Positions 8,134-14,134 of a stretch of 14,134 nt of DNA are shown piece by piece. Position numbers and translations under genes: made by a program. The stretch spans positions 1 to 14,134 of the forward strand of contig NW_021825896.1 of NCBI RefSeq assembly GCF_006345805.1, read 5' to 3'. The stretch is from Octopus sinensis (taxonomy: Eukaryota). The notes beneath the pieces are model-generated. The model did no database searches. It saw nothing but the letters and a program-made list of their open reading frames with translations, and had not been told where the DNA came from. The stretch's first letter is position 1. Each line of letters opens with the position of its first letter.

Positions 8134-8420
8134 TTGTTTGTTTGTTTTTGTCTTTGTTGCCGTACACATTCGTTAGCTTTCTTACAAAGGGGTCTAATAC
8201 TCCTAGCTTAGACTTGGGCGGGGGGGGGGGGCAACCAGATCGAACCATCACAAGTGTAACTGCCCGAAATGGTCGTGACTTCTGGAACCTGACTTAGGAA
8301 AGAAAGCGCCACGAATGACCCTTCTTTTTTTGCCTGTCCTTCTAAATATTGTTTCTCTTGTCCGCTTTGTATTGTCTATCTGTCCGAATGGTTTAATGTC
8401 CATTTTTGTTCCATTTTAAT
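8134..8420 (+). mobile_element. Short interspersed repeat, family 2 (copy G)
   Basis: Homologous to 1601-1877; its 3' end runs into (TA)n/(GT)n at 8421-8481. Confidence 0.85.
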
Positions 8421-8446
8421 ATTTATATATATATATATATGTGTGT

Positions 8447-8481
<35 letters not shown>
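8421..8481. repeat. (TA)n(GT)n microsatellite
   Basis: Directly visible. Confidence 0.95.
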
Positions 8482-8484
<3 letters not shown>

Positions 8485-9270
8485 CAAAATAAGCAACAAG
8501 GGTATCAAGAGGTAATGCAGTACGATCGTTTCAAGCAACTCCATTTAATTGAACAATGCAATCATTACATCAATTTAAAATGCAACGCAATCTTTAGCTG
8601 CACAAAGACATAGAATTTAAGAATTTACTTAAATTAGAACAGATGGACACATTAGTACCTGAAATCTCCAAGAAGTTAAGGAGATACACAAAGAACATGC
8701 TGTCTCACTCCAGCATAGAAGTTACAAAGTCTTTAAGAAAATATACATTGTTACAGACTCTGCCTGTCACTGACGTTTCTGTTTTTATGGGGTCAGTTCT
8801 AATTTATAGACTAGTTTATCAAATCCTTGTATATCTAAGGCTGAGAGAACAGAGTACAGTATCTGTTGTGGGTAGGGCTGAGGGAGCAGTCAGAAATCAT
8901 AGTTGGTATAGTCATAAAAGTCAAGATTTATTAGAAGCAATATCATGAGGTTTGGTAAAGGAAAACTTAAAACAAGATGTTTTCTGACAATTAAGGGGGT
9001 CGCCCACTAGCAGACCATTGATAATGAAACAGGGAAAGTCTTATCATTGAGGTAAAAGAACATGCTGATTATATATTATGGTGTTTCTACCCTACCTAAT
9101 CATTTTAATACTTTATAATTGCCTTTAGACAAACCTAAATTTTTGTACCCTTATAGATTCATACTTAGCTTATAAAAAACAATATGGGTATCTTCACAAC
9201 CTAAAATTAAACTGCTTAGATTATAATTTAACTAATTCATAGTAAATTTGTTCTCTCACCTCAATGATAA

Positions 9271-9600
9271 ATATGGCCGGACTAAATTCATGACAGTATA
9301 AGTTCTCAAGCAGAAAGTCTACATCAAATTTGGAAAGATATTGTGACATTTGCAAAGGATGTAGGATATGAAGAAGTCATAGAGTGTGATGTGATTGGAT
9401 TGCTAGTATCCCAAAGGGAAAGTTTAATGAGGAGCTGATACTAGAAAAGGAACAAGCCAAAAATACAGATGAGACAATGAAAGTGCCACTTAAATTGGCT
9501 ACAAATATTATTGCTGAGGGTTTGACGATAATGATCCTAATCGTGAACATAAAATATATAATTGCACTCAGTTCCTATACTGAACTGTAAAAAGAAATGA
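9271..9600 (+). pseudogene. Decayed Tigger/pogo-family transposase C-terminal fragment
   Basis: Translation across stops and frameshifts gives IWPD*IHDS..QIWKDIVTFAKDVGYEEVIECDVIGLLVSQ / NEELILEKEQ..LKLATNIIAEGL / DNDPNREH / IALSSYTEL*KEM. This follows the Tigger C-terminal pattern as I recall it (WP..VHDF; IV.LAK..GFEEV...DV.ELL; NEEL; DPN.ER; Y.E.Y.EK). Confidence 0.65.
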
Positions 9601-10575
9601 GTCATAAACAATGAATAACTTTGGCTAAATTTTTACTCCTTCAAGCTGATAGATAATAAATATTGTCCCTCATCTTCCTAGTAACACTCATTCCACACAA
9701 TAGTCAACATCTCTTGTGGTAAGAAAGTACTCTTATTAATTCCCTGATATATTCTGCTTGAAATGTTTTTGTGTTTTTATCTATCTATATTGTACTGTGT
9801 GGGTTTTAAAATAGTTGTTTTCATGTGTAAAGGTGATCATGTTGCTTATTCTCTGTTGTTTTCTTGTGTTTTTTTTTCAAAAATGTCTGTTGGAACACAA
9901 TCTTACTTGATAATATGAAAATCAATAAGAAAATTAATTTCATATTACAGAATTTTGCATTATGGCCAGATTTTCAAGAATGCATTACTTCTGTAAAGCA
10001 AGGGATTCCTATATATATAAAATCATGACTATTTTTGGGAGTCAATTGCTTTTGTATAGAAACACTGTTATTCAAATACTGAGACTTCAGTTGTTATGAG
10101 TGACCTCGACCACCTAGGTGGGACTTGGCTAGTCTGTTTAAGTTGATACCATTTTATTTTCAAGCCATCAAAGCAACCTCTTCATGCAGGCATTTACATC
10201 TTTTTATAAACATGAATACAATGCAGGTGGCACACTTCTTAGAGACACAATTATAAGCATTATATTTTAAAAGTGTTGTTTCTATCCTCAAAGATTGAGT
10301 AAACATTCTAAATATACTTAAGATTTTGATATAAAAGTATAATGCTATTTGGCTGAGTGTCACATGCTTATGCCTGAGAGACCCCAAACTGGAACATAAT
10401 AGTAATCAGTTAAACATGACATTGACATGGTTCACTTGTTTTATAATGTTAGTGACGTGTAGTAATGACATCATATCTCATGATATGGAAACAATGCAGT
10501 GAAACCGAGCAGCTATTTATAGAAATCTGAGCAGGATGTAAATTTCTATTTGCATTTGTGTATATTCCTAAACAG

Positions 10576-10648
10576 GTTATAAATGTAATACCACAATCGC
10601 CAACAACAATAGCTACATCAATGGCACCAGAATAAGCTGTCAAGAAAG
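10576..10648 (+). CDS. Candidate internal exon of an unidentified host gene: (G)YKCNTTIANNNSYINGTRISCQE(S)
   Basis: Pyrimidine-rich acceptor ..TATATTCCTAAACAG and donor AAG|GTATGT; 73 nt; one open frame (phase 1 to phase 2); three N-X-S/T sequons. Confidence 0.55.
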
Positions 10649-11785
10649 GTATGTATGTCACTCACTCAGCTAGAAATTACAACTAAATCTCTTTCATAGA
10701 TATAGATTATACTCTATAGTTACATTATATCTGAAATAAAAACAAGTTGGTCAACGGTGAAATATATTTGGTTCCATCCTTGTAAGACCTACATCTGCCA
10801 GGTTAAGGCAGATCTGATAATAATAGTGTCAACTGGAACTGAAGATGACAAGAATGAAAATGATGAGGGAGATTACAATAATTGTTTATAACACAGGTTT
10901 GAAGTTAACATTTTTAGAAGAGGTAACAGGGAGGCTGTAATGCTTATCTTTTCCAAGATCCTGGAGTGACATAGTTAAGAGTAAGAATCAAGAATATTGA
11001 ATAAGTTTATCTTAACTTGGATAAATATCAATTTCCTGCCCTTGCCAATACTTGAAATTGATACAAGTTTGTATATTCAAGGTGTACTACTAAGAAACTT
11101 TCTATATACATTCTCACTAGTGTTTATAAACACAACATATAATTATGTTCTATTTATGTACCTGATTTGTATAATATGTCAGTTATTTAATAATATTTTT
11201 CAGAACTTTATCATTCATTGTTACATAAGGTTGAATTTTCCTAATCTTCTTGTACATTTATTTGGATGGTTTAATGTACCTTGAGTACATATCAAGGTTA
11301 TATAATAAAATCCATAATGGTAATTTTGGTTGTTTTCGAAGAAAACATTAGGTTTAAGTAAATTTTAAAATGTTACCTGTTGAAAATTGCAGAGAAAATT
11401 AATCAAATCACCTTAAAGTCATGTATTGCACACAATATAAATTAGGAAAAAATATTTTCTTTAATTTTTCCTGGGCAGTAAGAATTATTTCATTATTTGT
11501 ATATGCTTAAGATGCATGAAAAGTTACTCTCTTCAAAGTGTGCTTTTGGTACTTTGATAATGATATTTTGAATTTACCTGTTTTCCAGCTGAGTAGCAAA
11601 TGGACAATTTTCTCAAACTTTACATGTTAAAAGGGTACATATTTCTGCACAATATTTATTGTTTAACTGAAAAGCAACATTAGCGGAACTACTTACTCAT
11701 TCAGATATGACAATGGTAAAACATGTGTATGGTTATCTTAGCCCTGAATTTTGAAAATGAACTACAGTGAATAATTTATAATTAG

Positions 11786-11858
11786 TTACTCTTTACTCTT
11801 ACTCTTACTCTTACTTGTTTCAGTCATTTGACTGCGGCCATGCTGGAGCACCGCCTTT
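11786..11858 (-). mobile_element. 3' end of a SINE with an (AAGAGT)n tail
   Basis: (TTACTC)n followed by TTGTTTCAGTCATTTGACTGCGGCCATGCTGGAGCACCGCCTTTA, which I recall as a very abundant Octopus repeat. Not database-checked. Confidence 0.8.
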
Positions 11859-13446
11859 AAGTTAACATGGATTTGAAATGTGAACTCATTTCTTATCCTA
11901 TAAATGTTTCTCTCAAAATTTATATGGCTATTGAAACATAACTGATTCCACTTGGCAGAGTTTACTGTGAGTTAGTATAGAGGATGATCATGTTCTGAGA
12001 CACATTTACAATGTATAAGGCAACTGTTGTGCCTACTTTTCAGTACAGCCTTGAAATGCATAAAACTGGAAACATACTACAATAGATTTTAGAAGAAAAT
12101 GATCTGCTATATCCAATGGCAGAATGTGGACTGATCATGTTGTGTGAATAGTGGATTATCAGGTGCTCAAATAACTGTTGTACTCAAGGCTGAACAAAAG
12201 AATATACATGCAAAATGAACAAAGAAGTGGTTCAAAGATATATTTAACCTTTTTCATATCAACCCACCTGAGACCACTCTTGCTCTTATGATGCAAAGGA
12301 ATTTAAATTAAATCCCCCAATCAAATCTTCGTTCTCATTTATGTTCCAAACACTTTAATAAAAACACTTTAATAAAAACAAACTTTGTTTTACTAATTTC
12401 TTTGTTATTTCAAAATTAAATCTGAAGGTCACAACCAACCCCAATAACAACCACAATACACACACACATGCTTTTTGAAGAACAATAGTTCTTGAAGCAT
12501 ACCACATAAAGCTATGAAGGGTATTTGATATGAATGGTATTTAAAAAGAATTATTTCATATTCTCTAGAAAGTTTATAAAATTCTTATGATGTCAACAAT
12601 ATATATACATATATATGTAATCCAAAAAATAAATGGAATGGAGCAGGTAGAATATTGGCTACAATTGTTTCATAACTTGCTGATGTTCAATTATGTAAGT
12701 TATTATGCAACAAAAGCTCCTCAGCATAGCTGGTTGTAAGGGTAAGACACCTTGACAAAGTTTACATTGTTGCAGGAAGTAAAGAAATAGAAAATCTACA
12801 GGCTAGCTACAGACAATGGCCAGTCAAACAAGACAGAAAAGGAACCACTTCATTTCTCACATTTTCTATATATTGTCCATTAGTGTCTTAATTTCTAATG
12901 AATGTCCCTTTCACCTCCACTCTTACCCTGTACACTCTCCCATTCTGCCAAGGGCAGCCCCTATCCATTACTGTTGTTCATCTCCCACTATTTCCACTCC
13001 TATGTGCCTCTGACCTTGCCTCTAACACTTGTACATCTCTTTCACACTACTCATACTTCATATGACCTTTGCTGCCACCTATCACCTACATGTCTCAATT
13101 ATATTTCTTCCAATTGCTCCCCTCCAAATTGATATTCATCATTGACCCTATCTCTTCTCTTGATTACCATTCACTACATTCACCTCTATGCCCTAATATC
13201 TCTTCACCATCTTTCATTTTTCAACTAGGATACCCATGTGTTTCCGTTTGTGCAAGAAACCTGTTTCTATCCATTTATCATACTTTAACCTTGAATCACC
13301 TGGCATAAAGCTACCTCTGTCAATACTACATCCCACCTTCTGTTGAGGAGCTTTGTCTTGTGAGTTACTAAGTGACCATACAAGTGTCAATGACATGTAA
13401 AAACACCAAACAATGATGATGAGGAGGAGGAGGATAGACAGGTAGA

Positions 13447-13473
13447 TAGATATACATATGTATGTGTGTGTGC

Positions 13474-13515
<42 letters not shown>
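13447..13515. repeat. (GT)n(TA)n microsatellite
   Basis: Directly visible. Confidence 0.95.
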
Positions 13516-13696
13516 CATCATCATCATCATCATAATCATCATCATTTAGCATCTGTTGTCCATGCTGGTATGGGTTGGACAGTTTGACCAGGGCTGGGAA
13601 GCTGGAAGGTTGCACCAGATTCCAGTCTGATATGGCATGGTTTATACAGCTGGATACTCTTCCTAACACCAACCACTTTGAGAGTGTAATGGGTGG
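13514..13696 (-). mobile_element. 3' end of an RTE-type LINE/SINE with a (GAT)n tail
   Basis: (ATC)n followed by ..CCATGCTGG..ATGGGTTGGAC..GTTTGAC..CAGCTGGAT..CTTCCTAAC.CCAACCACT, recalled as a common cephalopod RTE-related repeat end. The tail abuts (TA)n. Confidence 0.72.
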
Positions 13697-13765
13697 ATGT
13701 AAGCCACATTTATTATTTAAAATGTTAACTTTATCATTTATGAAATCAGCATGAGATTTCTACAG

Positions 13766-13814
13766 TAAATCTTACAAACTGACAGGGCGAACCAACTTAA
13801 CCCTATGTGGCCAG
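13766..13814 (+). CDS. Candidate internal exon: (S)KSYKLTGRTNLTLCGQ
   Basis: Acceptor TTTCTACAG and consensus donor CAG|GTAAGA; 49 nt; open only in the phase-2 frame, which joins in frame to exon 10576-10648. Confidence 0.5.
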
Positions 13815-14014
13815 GTAAGAACATTGAAATAAATGATCTGGCTATGCCCCAGATGCTGTAGGGAGCATGTCAGTCATAAGATAAGAACTTTATTGTAGCT
13901 AAGAGTTGTTTTAAATCTTATTTTTAGCAATGCTGATGCTTACTAGTAACCGTAGTCATTTTAGTGATGCCTGTAGTTCTGCCTTATGGTTGTAAGTTAC
14001 TAATAAACCATCTT

Positions 14015-14042
14015 TATTATATATGTATACATACATATATAT

Positions 14043-14109
<67 letters not shown>

Positions 14110-14112
14110 CAT
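14015..14112. repeat. (TA)n microsatellite
   Basis: Directly visible. Confidence 0.95.
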
Positions 14113-14134
14113 AGTTAATCTAAACATGAAAGCA

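Noticed and set aside
8643-8948. 101-aa ORF MDTLVPEISKK...
   Set aside because: No recognisable motif or convincing splice signals; compatible with chance.
9682-9718. Exon-like segment with a strong acceptor and GTAAGA donor
   Set aside because: Its only open frame ends in phase 2 and would hit a stop if joined to 10576; no bridging exon found. It remains possible as an alternative or non-coding exon.
9951-9992. Acceptor followed by NFALWPDFQECITS
   Set aside because: No good donor, and phase is not compatible with the other candidate exons.
11589-11634. Strong acceptor CTGTTTTCCAG with a downstream GTACAT
   Set aside because: All three frames contain stops.

Overview
Eukaryotic, microsatellite-rich genomic DNA. 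It is probably a coleoid cephalopod (Octopus-like), inferred from two repeats I recall as abundant octopus SINE/RTE ends; this was not database-checked. Bases ~800-8420 are a dense nest of retroelement modules. The main one is a near full-length Penelope-like element (PLE, Neptune-type: N-terminal domain, RT, Cys linker, C-terminal GIY-YIG) on the minus strand, broken by about a dozen small indels and ending in a minimal hammerhead ribozyme (HHR). Around it lie several short non-coding modules carrying minimal type-I HHR motifs, including a zero-spacer palindrome with an HHR on each strand. Eight consecutive modules alternate in orientation: 5' ends meet back-to-back and 3' ends run into (TA)n tracts. 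Bases ~8480-14134 are AT-rich, intron-like DNA with a decayed Tigger/pogo transposase remnant, two SINE/RTE 3' ends and two frame-compatible candidate micro-exons of an unidentified + strand host gene. Most ORFs in the supplied track are microsatellite or antisense artefacts.
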